From positions 186,001 through 250,000 of the IMG/VR virus record IMGVR_UViG_3300044712_001255: a stretch of 64,000 nucleotides of DNA; one strand, given 5' to 3'. Within the stretch, counting starts at the first letter, position 1; each line of letters opens with the position of its first letter. The notes below the pieces were generated by a model. The model was not told the origin of the DNA, ran no database searches, and was given only the letters and a program-made list of their open reading frames with translations. Shown here piece by piece: positions 63,285 to 64,000 of the stretch. The position numbers and the translations under genes are program-made.

Positions 63285-63808
63285 TCGATCAATCAAATTG
63301 GGCAAATACGCTTGAAAAGCTTGTGGGCGAAGAAGCGTCATTGTCAAATTGGGCGGCGTTTTTGTGGCGTAAACGGAAGCATACCCAAGTCAAAAAGATG
63401 CACGTAATTCATCTAAAGCATGAAGAACATAAAAATGCTTTTCGCCCTGGCGATGTTCTTCAGAACGTATACCGCCGCAGTGAGAAGGTGCGTGTTCAAT
63501 CATACGACGCAAAACGCGAACGTTATGATGTGGTGTATTGCGACTCAGGAACTTGTGGCTTTTACTCTGCGAGAAAACTTGAAGATGAATACACAAAAGT
63601 TTCATCTACGTTACAGACACGTCAGGAAAATTTGAATCTATTGCCAGGTATGATGTACAAGAACGTAAAAACTGGCGCATACATTTTCGTAGAAACAAAA
63701 CCAGATGCGAACATGAGAGTACTTGTGAACACTGATAATGGACATCGTACAATGAGCGTTGATGAATTTTGTGATGGTGACTGGCGTCGTGTTGATTTGC
63801 CTTATTAG
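63281..63808 (+). CDS. protein with two tandem 'PG(D/M)' SH3-like modules
   Basis: FRPGDVLQNV and LLPGMMYKNV. Confidence 0.6.
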   Translation: MIDQSNWANTLEKLVGEEASLSNWAAFLWRKRKHTQVKKMHVIHLKHEEHKNAFRPGDVLQNVYRRSEKVRVQSYDAKRERYDVVYCDSGTCGFYSARKLEDEYTKVSSTLQTRQENLNLLPGMMYKNVKTGAYIFVETKPDANMRVLVNTDNGHRTMSVDEFCDGDWRRVDLPY

Positions 63809-63815
63809 TTAAACA

Positions 63816-63992
63816 ATGAGAATTACGCTCGGTGAGTTGAAGGCGCTTATTCATGAGGCGGCATCGAATGATCGTGGTAAGTGTCAAAAGTGTGGCAAAA
63901 TTGTGATGTTGACCGACGACGGGTTAATTGATCAACACGACGATTGTCGTGGGGCTGGCGTAAAACCTGTTTCGACGGCACCACTTACGTAG
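63816..63992 (+). CDS. 58-aa protein with MRITLGELKALIHE leader and Cys cluster
   Basis: Leader followed by CQKC...HDDC. Confidence 0.6.
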   Translation: MRITLGELKALIHEAASNDRGKCQKCGKIVMLTDDGLIDQHDDCRGAGVKPVSTAPLT

Positions 63993-64000
63993 TTGCTTGC

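Overview
This 64-kb window looks like accessory DNA from a large (jumbo-type) bacteriophage. No capsid, terminase or polymerase genes are present, so phage identity is inferred from dense small ORFs, host-like accessory genes (UvsE, a lone GroEL, IF-1, an SPFH lipoprotein, RadA-like and MoxR-like ATPases, a GIY-YIG homing endonuclease, a kinase-like protein, a trypsin-like lipoprotein) and a tRNA. Three large structures stand out. (1) At 13.4-26.2 kb, an AT-richer minus-strand tandem array of about 51 translationally coupled 60-110 aa paralogs shares an 'xLxPGD...LVISV' SH3/KOW-like pattern, with about 10 further copies elsewhere. (2) At about 35-59 kb, a GC-rich array of more than 50 small genes each has its own -10 box about 6 nt before the ATG (leaderless). 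In at least 15 cases the upstream gene's TGA stop lies inside the -35 element (GTGAnn), giving an exact 31-nt gap. (3) Besides one canonical CAT tRNA, there are several tRNA-ended RNAs with an intact acceptor stem and T-arm but non-tRNA interiors. All calls were made by eye; no database searches were run.
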